Positions 10,385-20,601 of a DNA stretch of 64,000 bases are shown here, piece after piece (the first letter of the stretch is position 1; every line of letters begins with the position of its first letter). Made by a program: the position numbers and the translations under genes. The notes beneath the pieces are model-generated. The model was not told the DNA's origin. It was given only the letters and a program-made list of their open reading frames with translations, and did no database searches. This DNA is from Candidatus Micrarchaeota archaeon (lineage in GTDB: Archaea > Micrarchaeota > Micrarchaeia > Anstonellales > Bilamarchaeaceae): positions 1-64,000 of the forward strand of contig JBDRPL010000005.1 of the NCBI GenBank assembly GCA_043827025.1, given 5' to 3'.

Positions 10385-12361
10385 ATGCTGTTCTGTAACA
10401 AAATCCCGTTTATTTGCGTTTTATTTGTCTTATCGATCGGTCTTGTTTTTGCAGAAGACAAACCTGCCTATGAAATTCCGGAGAAGCTTAGTGCAGAAGA
10501 AATGAAGGATGCCCCTGTATTCACTAATGCGGTTGTGTATCCTGAATGGGGAGTGCCATGCACTAACTTCAGTTACCTGGCAACCTACAAGGATGAAAAA
10601 GGAAGGCCTCCTGTGTATGTAAGAGTATGGCTCAATGGTCAATGGCACAATATGAAAAAAACAGAAGGTGATGATTTCGTACGCGGAGTTACATATTCTT
10701 ACAATTACATTCCAACATCCGGCAAATCCAACTTCTATTATTATGAGGCAAGCAACGGAGTTGGAAAGGCAAGGGGAGCTATAATCGACAGCCCTAACCA
10801 GGGGCCGATGATTTATTCCCAGAAATTCGACAACAACGAAATTATTTTATTGAAGAAAGGAAGCAGCACTCCTTTATGGAATTTTGAAACAGGCTATGAC
10901 ATGACAAGTGATGTCGCAGTATCAAAAGACGGAAGATATGTCGCAGCAGCAACTGCGACACATATTTATCTTTTTTCAACTGGGAGCAACAAGCCGTTAT
11001 GGAGTTTTTGCACTGATTGCGAAGAGTTGAAGATGGGAAGGAGCAACTATGGAGGGATTGCAATCTCTGCAGATGGCAGCTATGTGGCAGCTTCAATAAA
11101 CAGTAATCTTTATTTCTTCGAAAAAGGGAGTAATGAGCCAGTCTGGCACGCAGAAATAGAGTCGAATGCAATTGGAATAGACATGTCTGACAATGGAAAT
11201 TATGTTGCAGTAGGGGTTGGCAATGCAGGAAAACAAGGCGATAAATTCTTCCTTTTCAACAAGGAAGGCGAAAAGCTGTTTGAATACAAGGCACAACATT
11301 CCGAATATGAGCAGACAGGGAATTTCTACCGGCCAGATATGACGCCTGACGGAAAGTACACTGCAGTTTCAACAGGATGCCCGGACAGAAGGGCATATTT
11401 ATTTTCAAATGAGCCGAAGCTTGTTTTCAGGAGCGATCAGCTGACACAGGACAGTCCTGTGCATAAATCTGCAATCTCGAATGATGCAAGCATTATTGCG
11501 TATTCGCTTGACCACATGAGCGGGAAGCCGCTTCTTTATGTTTTTGACAAGCAGGGAAAATTACTTTGGAGTTTTTCTAATTTGGAAGATGCAACTGCAA
11601 GAGCGGTTTCAGTTTCAGGGGATGGGAAATACATTGCAATAGGCACTATGGGAGGAAACATCTATTTCTTTTCCAAGGATTCGAATAAACCTCTATGGTC
11701 GCATTCGATTGGACAGCAATATGCAAAGGTTGGAGACGTCAAACTCAGCTCTGCAGGAGATTTTCTTGTTGCAGGTTCTACTACAAAGAACGTTTATCTT
11801 TTTTCCTATACTGACAGCGATCCCGTCTGGGAATATACTGCGAATACATGGGTGAATGCAGTTGATTTCAATGGCGAGTACATAATTGCAGGCACAGGCA
11901 TGCTTGAATATGCTTTTGAAGGGAATGACGTGAGCGAGAAGGAAGTCTCATGCACAAGCATAATCCAACCCCCTCCTCAGGAATCTTTCGATTTGGGGAT
12001 GGGTAATGCGAATGCTTATTGCGGCAATGGCATATGTGAGCCAGATGGTGGAGAAAACAAGGAAAGCTGCACTGCGGACTGCATGCTTTTTGATGATCAT
12101 AATGATGGCCCGGTTAATGACCCTGTCATTGAATCTGTGGATGATTTTGATGGTGTCCAGCAACCTGAAGAACCTGTTAATAAGAACGTATCGCCTCCGG
12201 CAATGAATCAAACGAAATCTCCTGGTGTTGTACAAAATCCTTTTCCTACGCAGAATACTACGGATAATACAGGACAACAGGGAGGACTTTGTCTGCAGGC
12301 TTTAATCCTTGCATTTGTATTTGTTTTTACGTGTCAAATAAGCCGTGAGAGGATATTTTAA
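10385..12361 (+). CDS. Secreted beta-propeller (PQQ/WD40-like) surface protein with Cys-rich module and C-terminal anchor
   Basis: Signal peptide, repeated VAVSxDGxYVA..PLW blades, CGNGICE..C..DC motif, P/T/Q linker, hydrophobic C-terminus. Confidence 0.75.
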   Translation: MLFCNKIPFICVLFVLSIGLVFAEDKPAYEIPEKLSAEEMKDAPVFTNAVVYPEWGVPCTNFSYLATYKDEKGRPPVYVRVWLNGQWHNMKKTEGDDFVRGVTYSYNYIPTSGKSNFYYYEASNGVGKARGAIIDSPNQGPMIYSQKFDNNEIILLKKGSSTPLWNFETGYDMTSDVAVSKDGRYVAAATATHIYLFSTGSNKPLWSFCTDCEELKMGRSNYGGIAISADGSYVAASINSNLYFFEKGSNEPVWHAEIESNAIGIDMSDNGNYVAVGVGNAGKQGDKFFLFNKEGEKLFEYKAQHSEYEQTGNFYRPDMTPDGKYTAVSTGCPDRRAYLFSNEPKLVFRSDQLTQDSPVHKSAISNDASIIAYSLDHMSGKPLLYVFDKQGKLLWSFSNLEDATARAVSVSGDGKYIAIGTMGGNIYFFSKDSNKPLWSHSIGQQYAKVGDVKLSSAGDFLVAGSTTKNVYLFSYTDSDPVWEYTANTWVNAVDFNGEYIIAGTGMLEYAFEGNDVSEKEVSCTSIIQPPPQESFDLGMGNANAYCGNGICEPDGGENKESCTADCMLFDDHNDGPVNDPVIESVDDFDGVQQPEEPVNKNVSPPAMNQTKSPGVVQNPFPTQNTTDNTGQQGGLCLQALILAFVFVFTCQISRERIF

Positions 12362-12364
12362 TAT

Positions 12365-13333
12365 ATGGAGCAATATATTTCCATGTCAGGCAGGTTTCAG
12401 TTGTTTTTGTTCTTTCTCTGTATTGTAGCACACTCGTTTCCTGTACAAGTCGAACAAATAAATCTAAACGCAACTTCTGTCGACCATCTCGTTTCCGTTG
12501 ATTCAAGCCTTGATTTCAATTCCCTTTTGCCTGGCTATGAGTATGCTGGATATATTGACATTTCATGGGCAGTTCCTGATTCTGCGTTGGAGCGGATTGA
12601 TGAAAATGTCGTTTCTGTCTATGTTGGATTTGATTCCAGAAGAAATATGTCGGGTATAACATTTAACTACGAAGGCGAGAAATATTCTGCCCTTAATCTT
12701 GTCTTGACCTGTTTTGTTGAGGATTCATTATGCAGTGCAGGCTCCAACTTGTCTAAGAGAATCGGAATTACCGTAGTTCTTGATGAATTGTCTTCTTCTA
12801 TTAATGATACTTTGGTGATAACTGCGCATACAAGATCTTCTTTGATGGTTGATGTGGTAAAAAAGAGCGAGGACACCATCGCTCAGGCGGAATTCATACG
12901 CCAGGTTATTGATTCAGACCCTGAGATACTGAATATCATCCCAATCATGCTTCCTGAGCAAGTAAGTGAAGATTTCAATGAAAGAGTCCAAACATTTATA
13001 CTATACACAGTGGATGAGGCTGCTAAGGGCCTAAGCGAACCTCTTCTTTCCAATGCTTCGACAACTTTGGTAAAACAAAATGAAGATCTGCCTTTTGACA
13101 GTGAAGAACTGGATGCACCTATCCCTCATAAATCAGAAGGTGTTTTTTCAGAAAATCTGCCTGACCTGAGTAAAATAGGACTGCCTGACATTTCCAATAG
13201 CATTTCGAACTCGGATGATTTGCTAAAATATTCCGTAGGGATACTCGTTGTCCTTGCAATGTTATTCATCTTCCTGTGGATGGTCCTAAGGCTTCTGTTT
13301 CCGAAAAAGAGAAAAAATATTCCAAAACTTTAA
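12365..13333 (+). CDS. Hypothetical exported protein with C-terminal TM anchor
   Basis: N-terminal hydrophobic segment, acidic body, C-terminal TM plus KKRK. Confidence 0.6.
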   Translation: MEQYISMSGRFQLFLFFLCIVAHSFPVQVEQINLNATSVDHLVSVDSSLDFNSLLPGYEYAGYIDISWAVPDSALERIDENVVSVYVGFDSRRNMSGITFNYEGEKYSALNLVLTCFVEDSLCSAGSNLSKRIGITVVLDELSSSINDTLVITAHTRSSLMVDVVKKSEDTIAQAEFIRQVIDSDPEILNIIPIMLPEQVSEDFNERVQTFILYTVDEAAKGLSEPLLSNASTTLVKQNEDLPFDSEELDAPIPHKSEGVFSENLPDLSKIGLPDISNSISNSDDLLKYSVGILVVLAMLFIFLWMVLRLLFPKKRKNIPKL

Positions 13334-13406
13334 ATATTTAGTCTTCCAATAGTTGCTATTGTTATTCCTGTTCTTCCAATAGGAACTTATTTCTGAGGTA
13401 TATGTC

Positions 13407-14588
13407 ATGAAATCCATAGATTCAGTAGAAATACGTGGAAAAAAGGTGCTTTTGAGAGTTGATTTAAACTCACCGATTGATTTTGGTAAGGTTGTTGTGA
13501 ATCCAAGAATAGTTGCACATTCACATACGGTCAAAGAACTTAGTGAAAAAGGAGCAAAACTCATTGTTTTGGCACACCAGGGCCAAAAAGGAAAGCCTGA
13601 TTTCGCCAGTTTAGAGCAGCACTGCAAAATAGTTGAGCAATTGTCTGGAAGGAAGATCACATTTGTAGATGATGTCATTGGTGTTCGCGTAACCAAGGCG
13701 ATTGAATTAATGCAGAATGGCGATGTCATAATGCTTGACAATGTCAGGTTCATGAAGGATGAGACCGAAGGCGATCCGTATACCTCTCATCTGGTGAGTT
13801 TTCTTTGTCCCTTGGCAGACCTGTATGTGCTTGATGCACTTTCTGTAGCTCACAGGGTGCAGGCAAGCGTAGTCGGTTTTTCCAAGTGCATGCCCTGTTA
13901 TGCAGGACCAATCTTAACGAAAGAAGTGAATGCGCTTGAGAAAGTAAGGCATAACAAAGATGTTACATTTATTTTTGGGGGAGCAAAGCCAAAGGATTCC
14001 ATCCGCATAATAAAATATTGGCTTGGTACCGGGCACGTTCATAAAATACTTACAGGAGGCGCAGTGGGCATGCTCTTCCTGCATGCAAAAGGAATTGGCA
14101 TTGGCACTTCATTGGCATTCCTTGAAAAGAATGAAGGCATCCTTAGTTTAGAAGATGCAAAGCACATCCTTGAAAAATATTCTGACAAGATTGTTCTTCC
14201 TGTGGATGTTGCAGTCAGGATCGAGGATGAGCGGGTCGAATTCGACGTTCATAAAATAAAAGAAGGCGGAATCTGGGATATTGGGGAGAAAACCATTGAG
14301 GAATACAAAAAGATAATCCAGAGTTCCAAAGTCATAGTTATCAATGGTCCGGTTGGAGTGTATGAGATAACTGATTTTGCAAAAGGAACAAGAGAGATAT
14401 TTAAGGCATTGGAGAATTATGATACCTTTACTTTATGCGGAGGCGGCCATACTATAACAGCAATAGAGATGTTTGGCATAGACAGGTCGAAGTTAGGTTA
14501 CGTCAGCCTTGCAGGCAAGGCATTCATGGAGTTCTTGGCAGGAAAGGAATTACCAGGTATAACCGCAATAAAGGAAGCAAAGCATTGA
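13407..14588 (+). CDS. pgk: Phosphoglycerate kinase
   Basis: KKVLLRVDLNSP, LAHQG, NVRF, VAHR, NGPVGVYE, GGGHT. Confidence 0.95.
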   Translation: MKSIDSVEIRGKKVLLRVDLNSPIDFGKVVVNPRIVAHSHTVKELSEKGAKLIVLAHQGQKGKPDFASLEQHCKIVEQLSGRKITFVDDVIGVRVTKAIELMQNGDVIMLDNVRFMKDETEGDPYTSHLVSFLCPLADLYVLDALSVAHRVQASVVGFSKCMPCYAGPILTKEVNALEKVRHNKDVTFIFGGAKPKDSIRIIKYWLGTGHVHKILTGGAVGMLFLHAKGIGIGTSLAFLEKNEGILSLEDAKHILEKYSDKIVLPVDVAVRIEDERVEFDVHKIKEGGIWDIGEKTIEEYKKIIQSSKVIVINGPVGVYEITDFAKGTREIFKALENYDTFTLCGGGHTITAIEMFGIDRSKLGYVSLAGKAFMEFLAGKELPGITAIKEAKH

Positions 14589-14657
14589 AGTTTCTTTCTT
14601 ATTATTTTTTTCTTTTCTCCGAAACGTTTATAAGCAGTCAAGTGCCTATTTTTCCCT

Positions 14658-15791
14658 ATGGCAATTGATAATGGCAATAATTCTAATGTTCCAAAGAAAC
14701 CACTTATAACTATAACACCTTCAACGGACCAAGTCATCTTGGCTTTGGAGGAGCGTGGTTTTGCAGTAGGTTTGATGGCTGATGGTACGACCATAAAAAA
14801 AGAAGCGAGAAATATCGAAGATTTCCTTGACCTTGAAAAAAAAGCCTCTGTGACTTGGATAGATTACGTAGTCGATAATGTCAAGAAAGAGGCGCCGAAA
14901 ATTGCAAAATCCCTGGGGTTCAGCGAGGCGCTGTTGTCTCCATTGCTGAAGAATGACCGCAGTAGCTATGAGGATCTTAATAATGAGTTGGGTATTGAAG
15001 TTCCTGCAATCGTAGTCAACAATTTCGATGTGCAGTTAAAACGCCTGATAATACTCATACGTGGAAATCTGGTGGTGACTATGCACACCACTGAAGTCAG
15101 GAGATTCTTTAGATTAAGAAGATATGCAGACATTTTTCTGAAGAAAATAAAATCAAATGCCAAGCAGGTCGACAAGCTTGCAGTCATACTCATAAGAATA
15201 CTTGATGAAAACAACAGCAGGAATTTTGAGCATCTCAGGGAAATCGAAGAGGCTGCTGATAAAGTTAGTGCACAGCTTGCGGATTCCAAGGTCAATAGAG
15301 ACACTATAGGTCCTCAGATACACCACATGAAGCACGCAATAGTTACTTATCTCAATGGCCTTTGGGCAACTGCGGATGTTTTCAACTCTCTTCGATATGG
15401 TGATGCTGAACTTCTGACTGATGACCTGAAATTGCTGGCCAAACTGGATATAATTGCAAAGGAAGTCCAATCTCATATAAGCCTTGCTGAACACCTGAGC
15501 GATGTTTTGATAGGTGGTTTGGAAGTAATGCAGAGCATTTACAACAATCAGTTGCAGATCCTCAACAACAAGATGGCAATGCTTGTTGCTTATCTTACCA
15601 TCCTGGGTACTGCTGTTTTGGTGCCAAATACGCTTGCCACTGCGTTGAGCAGTTCTGTTTTTGCCCTTACTCCTGTTGATAGAGATTGGTATATTGAATT
15701 GCTGCTGGTTTCAACAATTGTTTCAACACTTCTTGCATTTTGGTGGGTAAAACGCAATGGACTTTTACCCAGGAAGCCTCATGAGGAATAG
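14658..15791 (+). CDS. CorA-family divalent cation transporter
   Basis: Long helical cytoplasmic domain, NNQLQILNNKM coiled stalk, two C-terminal TMs; canonical GMN motif not seen. Confidence 0.7.
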   Translation: MAIDNGNNSNVPKKPLITITPSTDQVILALEERGFAVGLMADGTTIKKEARNIEDFLDLEKKASVTWIDYVVDNVKKEAPKIAKSLGFSEALLSPLLKNDRSSYEDLNNELGIEVPAIVVNNFDVQLKRLIILIRGNLVVTMHTTEVRRFFRLRRYADIFLKKIKSNAKQVDKLAVILIRILDENNSRNFEHLREIEEAADKVSAQLADSKVNRDTIGPQIHHMKHAIVTYLNGLWATADVFNSLRYGDAELLTDDLKLLAKLDIIAKEVQSHISLAEHLSDVLIGGLEVMQSIYNNQLQILNNKMAMLVAYLTILGTAVLVPNTLATALSSSVFALTPVDRDWYIELLLVSTIVSTLLAFWWVKRNGLLPRKPHEE

Positions 15792-15799
15792 GTGCAGCT

Positions 15800-16744
15800 A
15801 TGTCTAAGATAGGATCTATTGCTGTTGATGTGAAGAATCTTGCAATTACTTACCAGAATGGAAAGAAGAGTGTTGAGGATTGCAGTTTTGCAGTGCATAA
15901 GGGGGAGACTGTCGGGTTGCTTGGCTCAAATGGAGCAGGCAAAAGCACCATCCTCCGAACCATAGCAGGTCTTAATCCCAACTTCGATGGCAGGATACTG
16001 GTTTTCGGCAATAGTATTTCAACGAACCTCAAATTATTGAAATCCAAGATGGCATTTGTCCCTCAGGAATCAGCGTTTTTCATGGATTTCACTGTAAGGG
16101 AGAATCTTTCATATATGATGGATGCATACAATATCTCAGGTTCTGCGAAAAACGAGCGCATAGCTGATCTGCTAAAAGTGTTTTTCCTTAAACCCTTTGA
16201 GAATATTCGGGCAAAAAGGTTGTCTGGAGGTTACAAACAACTACTGAATGTTGCGATGTCTTTTGTAATCGAACCTGATTTGGTTCTTTTCGATGAGCCC
16301 ACTGTCGGACTTGATATAACTGCAAGAAAGATGTTTGCAGATTTTATCATTTCCCTGAAAAAGATGCGCAAGACTATTCTTATTACTACACATTATCTGG
16401 ATGAGGCGCAGGCACTTTGCGACAAGATTGTTCTTCTAAAGGATGGAAAACTGGTTGCATACGGAAGTATCGGGGATCTGGTATTGCAATATGGTGGCAG
16501 ATACACAATAATACTTAAATTCAAGGCTTTAGACGAGAAACTTGTTTCATTATGCAAAACTTTCAAGTACTCTGCCCTGTCCGGTTCCAATGCAAATTAC
16601 GTTTATTTGACTTCTGACCAGAAGGAAATCGGAGAAGCAATAGTTGAACTAACTGAAAAACTAAAGGAACATAAGCGTATGTTTGAAAAGATAGATGTCA
16701 GCGAACCTTCTATAACCGAAGTCTTCAAGGAGGTAATGAAATGA
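15800..16744 (+). CDS. ABC-2 type transporter ATP-binding protein
   Basis: GSNGAGKST, LSGG, LFDEPTVGLD, TTHYLDEA. Confidence 0.92.
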   Translation: MSKIGSIAVDVKNLAITYQNGKKSVEDCSFAVHKGETVGLLGSNGAGKSTILRTIAGLNPNFDGRILVFGNSISTNLKLLKSKMAFVPQESAFFMDFTVRENLSYMMDAYNISGSAKNERIADLLKVFFLKPFENIRAKRLSGGYKQLLNVAMSFVIEPDLVLFDEPTVGLDITARKMFADFIISLKKMRKTILITTHYLDEAQALCDKIVLLKDGKLVAYGSIGDLVLQYGGRYTIILKFKALDEKLVSLCKTFKYSALSGSNANYVYLTSDQKEIGEAIVELTEKLKEHKRMFEKIDVSEPSITEVFKEVMK

Positions 16745-16787
16745 ACTTCGTTCATTTATCTCCTTTCACATCGTTCAAGGTGATGAA

Positions 16788-18761
16788 ATGATAAACTTCC
16801 TCCGTATTTTCTCCAATGAATTCAAGTTCATAATTCGCCAGGGTACCACATCGCAACTCATTCTTCTTTACCCAATAATCATTATGCTTTTGATAGGCCC
16901 TGCTTTCAATTCGTCTTCGTTAGCTCAGATAAATGTTGCTGCATTTGGATCAAGCACCCTATTGGATAAGCTTGATTCAGTATCATCCATCAATCTCATA
17001 CCTGCACCAAGTGCTGAAGATGCATTAAACCTTGTAAAATCAAAATCTGCAGTCATGGCTTTCATTTTTGAGGATTCTGCAGGTGAAGGTACAAAAGTAA
17101 ATGTTTACATTGATTCTTCAAAAAAGCCGGTTGTGGATACAGTACTTTTGTTACTTGATAAGTCCATAGCGGAAGAGACTTCTATTTCTGCCAATGAGAT
17201 CCTTGAACTTCAGTCGCAGTTGAGTTTAGCACTTGATGCGATTGACCAGAAATCAAGCGATATCTCGGCTTTTAAGTACCGGATCAACGAATTCCAGGAT
17301 AATCTATCCATCATGCAAACTCAGGCAAATGCATTATCTGCTTCTCTTTCAGGTTCACAGGAAGAATTGAACCAGCTTTCTCAGAATATTAATGTGCTGG
17401 TTTTGAAAATGGATTCATTTTCAGCCAATCTTTCGCATGCAAGCCAGTCCATGGCGCAGATATCGAAATATACTGATGACATAAGTTCGTATGTGGCCCA
17501 GATTGCTTTTTTGCAAAATGCTTCCTATGCTCAGGAAAATGAAAGGGATGCTCAGGTAATAAAAATCAACAGCACAATCTCAAAACTGGATTACTATGAC
17601 TCAAGACTTGCTCCAATACAATCAAACATTGCACTCATAACTGATTCGCTTGGGCCTGCAAATCCGTTTTATTCTGAATTATCCTCGATTGAGAGTAATA
17701 TCAGTTCAGTAAGGGCGGACATCAGGCAGACCAAGGAGGACTTGGAATACTCCAGGGACAGGCTGGATTCAATTGATTTTGCAGGTTATCGCAATACTCT
17801 TGCAGTTGTCAAGGATGACCTCATCGAAACCAGGTATAATATCTCATCTTTTGTAAATGATACTTCTGATGCAATGGGTTCGATGCAGGAAAATGTGGTT
17901 TTTTTCAATTCAAGTGTGGATGAGCTTGACACAAACCTTCAGCAGATAAATTTAAATATGGATAAATTTTATTCATATAACAATGATTTCCTTAACTTTA
18001 TCACTTCCCTCAAGTCTGCATCAACATCATTGAAGGCAGGGGTTATAGAGATGCAAACTCTTTTGTCTCAGATAAGGGAGCCTATGAGGTCTTTTGTTCA
18101 GACATCAAGGGAGGACATTCTTCCTCCTGTGATACGATATGAGGATGTTTTTGTGCGTAATGATCCCATCACCATATTATTCCCAGTCATCCTTGGGATA
18201 GATATGCTCCTTGCAAGCCTTCTTTTGCCTATGATCATGAGCATACGTTTGAAAGACCAGGGATTGCTTTATAGGTTGAAGATGAGCAGGATTGGCTCGT
18301 TTTCAGTAATATTCGGAAGATTCCTTGGAAATTATTTCATATGTCTTTTGCAGGTCTTCATACTTGCGCTTGTGGGTGTGCTAGTCTTCAACGTTTATTA
18401 TGGGAACCTCTTGTCTTTGCTTTTTGTCCTTCTGTTGGCACCGATAGTCTTTACTTCCATAGGCATGCTGCTTTCGCAATTCGTCAATACCACAAGCACT
18501 GCATTCATGCTTTCTTTGCTCATAAGCATTCCCTTGATATTCCTTAGCGGAAGCATAGTTCCGCTTGAGTTCCTTAATCCACCTATGGACTTTTTGGGGT
18601 CTCTTCTTCCTCTTCATACGCTAATCGATGTTACTGAGAAACTCATGTTTAGGGATCTTGGGGTACTTAGTGCATTGGGCAGCATAGTTTATCTGCTTTT
18701 CATCAGCATAGTTTCACTTGGCCTTGCAATGGTATACTATAAATCCAGGAATCTATATTGA
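16788..18761 (+). CDS. ABC-2 permease with long extracellular coiled coil (YhgE/Pip-like architecture)
   Basis: N-terminal TM, ~300-aa heptad-rich region, five C-terminal TMs with FLSGSIVPL ABC-2 motif. Confidence 0.8.
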   Translation: MINFLRIFSNEFKFIIRQGTTSQLILLYPIIIMLLIGPAFNSSSLAQINVAAFGSSTLLDKLDSVSSINLIPAPSAEDALNLVKSKSAVMAFIFEDSAGEGTKVNVYIDSSKKPVVDTVLLLLDKSIAEETSISANEILELQSQLSLALDAIDQKSSDISAFKYRINEFQDNLSIMQTQANALSASLSGSQEELNQLSQNINVLVLKMDSFSANLSHASQSMAQISKYTDDISSYVAQIAFLQNASYAQENERDAQVIKINSTISKLDYYDSRLAPIQSNIALITDSLGPANPFYSELSSIESNISSVRADIRQTKEDLEYSRDRLDSIDFAGYRNTLAVVKDDLIETRYNISSFVNDTSDAMGSMQENVVFFNSSVDELDTNLQQINLNMDKFYSYNNDFLNFITSLKSASTSLKAGVIEMQTLLSQIREPMRSFVQTSREDILPPVIRYEDVFVRNDPITILFPVILGIDMLLASLLLPMIMSIRLKDQGLLYRLKMSRIGSFSVIFGRFLGNYFICLLQVFILALVGVLVFNVYYGNLLSLLFVLLLAPIVFTSIGMLLSQFVNTTSTAFMLSLLISIPLIFLSGSIVPLEFLNPPMDFLGSLLPLHTLIDVTEKLMFRDLGVLSALGSIVYLLFISIVSLGLAMVYYKSRNLY

Positions 18762-18777
18762 TGTTTTGGGGTTATCT

Positions 18778-19467
18778 ATGAAATTCATGTCCAGAAAAGA
18801 AGATACTGAATATCTCTATGACGAGCAATGGGTCTACGCCAGGAAAGGCGATGATCTCTTTAAATTGGCAGTGTTTGATAAGCATCTTTACAAGCTGAGA
18901 ATGATGAATGGTGCGCCTGTTCTTGAGATTGATGGTTTGAGGATGCAGCTTGTCAAGAACTTCAAGACTCCGCTTGATTATTCAAAAGAGGTTGCAGGGA
19001 TTCTTGAAGTCACAAAAGAAGATGTGGTTTTGGATACGTGTATGGGCCTTGGATATACTGCAATTGCATGCTCCAAGGCTAAGGAGATTACGACGTGCGA
19101 AATAAATGATGCTGTTTATACCTTAGCTTCCTGGAGCCCTTTCAGCACAGGTCTTTTTTCCAAGAACATCAAGATCATAAGGGGTGATATCGCAGAAGAA
19201 ATAAAGAAATTCGATTCCGAATCTTTCAGTGTAATTATCCACGATCCGCCTCGTTTCTCATTGGCACAATTTCTCTATTCAACTCCTTTCTACGAAGAGC
19301 TCAAGCGTGTTGCAAAGCCTGATGCAAGATTGTTTCACTATGTTGGCTCATTGGGTAAGTCAAAGGGAAGGAACATTGCACAGGAAGTTCAAAGGCGGCT
19401 GGAAAAGGTCGGGTTCAGGGATATCAATTACAAGGAAAAATACCAGGGGTTGTTTTTCAGGAAATAA
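18778..19467 (+). CDS. SAM-dependent methyltransferase (archaeal COG2521-like)
   Basis: VLDTCMGLGYTAI motif I, IIHDPPRF, LFHYVG. Confidence 0.85.
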   Translation: MKFMSRKEDTEYLYDEQWVYARKGDDLFKLAVFDKHLYKLRMMNGAPVLEIDGLRMQLVKNFKTPLDYSKEVAGILEVTKEDVVLDTCMGLGYTAIACSKAKEITTCEINDAVYTLASWSPFSTGLFSKNIKIIRGDIAEEIKKFDSESFSVIIHDPPRFSLAQFLYSTPFYEELKRVAKPDARLFHYVGSLGKSKGRNIAQEVQRRLEKVGFRDINYKEKYQGLFFRK

Positions 19468-19472
19468 CCTAT

Positions 19473-20318
19473 CTATTTGCCTTTATCTCTATATGATTTG
19501 CTGACATTTTCACTCCAAAACGATGGCAATGAATTAGATGCGAATCCCTGGTATTCATTGGAATAAATATAGCAAACTCCCTTATTTTCCTCGTATTTAG
19601 CAAATTTATCCTTGATTTCGCTATATATCTCCTTTATCTTCTTTCTTTCAAAATCAAGTTGCAGGAGGGACGGTCTTTTGAATATCAGGTAGTCTGCCTG
19701 CCTGAGAGTGTTTATTTCTATGTTTGAAGAGTTTTGGCTTATAAAAAGAACTGAAATGTCCTTATGTCTGGAAATCAGGAGCAACTCGCTCAATAATTTG
19801 TTTGCACCTGACATTGTATTTCTCGAAGAAAATTCAATGCCACTTTCATCTGCCAATAGGAATGAATTTTGCCCGACTTCTTTAATAGAGTTTATTGGAT
19901 GTACCCATGAAGGCAGATTTTCTTTTTTAAATCCAAGTGCATATGTTTTCCTTCCTGTTTTTGCATGTACATTTTCTAATATTCGCATTCCAATTGCACT
20001 TTTGCCAGAACCTCTTGAACCGAATATTATCCCTATCAGGCTTTTGTTTTTACATAATTTGGATTCAATAGCCTTCAAATTCCCCTCATTTTTCTCTAGC
20101 TCTATAAATTCATCATATTCCGCTTTTATCTTAGGCCTTTTGTTTTCGGCATGTGCGTTCTTCACCCTAGTGCCTCCCTTTTTTATCAGGCCAACTATCC
20201 CCATTATGATGAATTTAATTAGCTTGTAAATAGAAACAACGATCCATTTGATTATGTTGAAAATAAGTGTTATGAATGAAATTATATAACTAAGGATTCC
20301 TTTTTTCTTTTTTGCCAT
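19473..20318 (-). CDS. Membrane-anchored P-loop ATPase (FtsK/HerA/Zot-like)
   Basis: N-terminal hydrophobic helix, GSRGSGKS, LLADE, SRH..hhhhSQ. Confidence 0.7.
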   Translation of the reverse strand: MAKKKKGILSYIISFITLIFNIIKWIVVSIYKLIKFIIMGIVGLIKKGGTRVKNAHAENKRPKIKAEYDEFIELEKNEGNLKAIESKLCKNKSLIGIIFGSRGSGKSAIGMRILENVHAKTGRKTYALGFKKENLPSWVHPINSIKEVGQNSFLLADESGIEFSSRNTMSGANKLLSELLLISRHKDISVLFISQNSSNIEINTLRQADYLIFKRPSLLQLDFERKKIKEIYSEIKDKFAKYEENKGVCYIYSNEYQGFASNSLPSFWSENVSKSYRDKGK

Positions 20319-20339
20319 ATCCTTAATATGACGGGGAGG

Positions 20340-20594
20340 TCATTTTAATCCTTTTCCTATGGACTCCCATTTCACAATCGTTCCGCAGATGGAGCATTTG
20401 ATGCAAAGCAAATCCTGGGATGGTTGCGTACAGCCATGGTAGAGGTTAGTAGCATAGGGAATCTTTTTCTTCTTGAAATCTGCAGTCATCTTGTCAAAAT
20501 GTTTGCGTGCAGCAGGCTCGACAGTCGGCAAATCCTTTCCGTCAATGATCCTTACCTTCTTTTTGCATTTCTCGCAGAATCCGTAGGTTGGCAT
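20340..20594 (-). CDS. Small Zn-finger hypothetical protein
   Basis: CEKC ... HGC ... CSIC motifs. Confidence 0.55.
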   Translation of the reverse strand: MPTYGFCEKCKKKVRIIDGKDLPTVEPAARKHFDKMTADFKKKKIPYATNLYHGCTQPSQDLLCIKCSICGTIVKWESIGKGLK

Positions 20595-20601
20595 GATCAC
20601 T

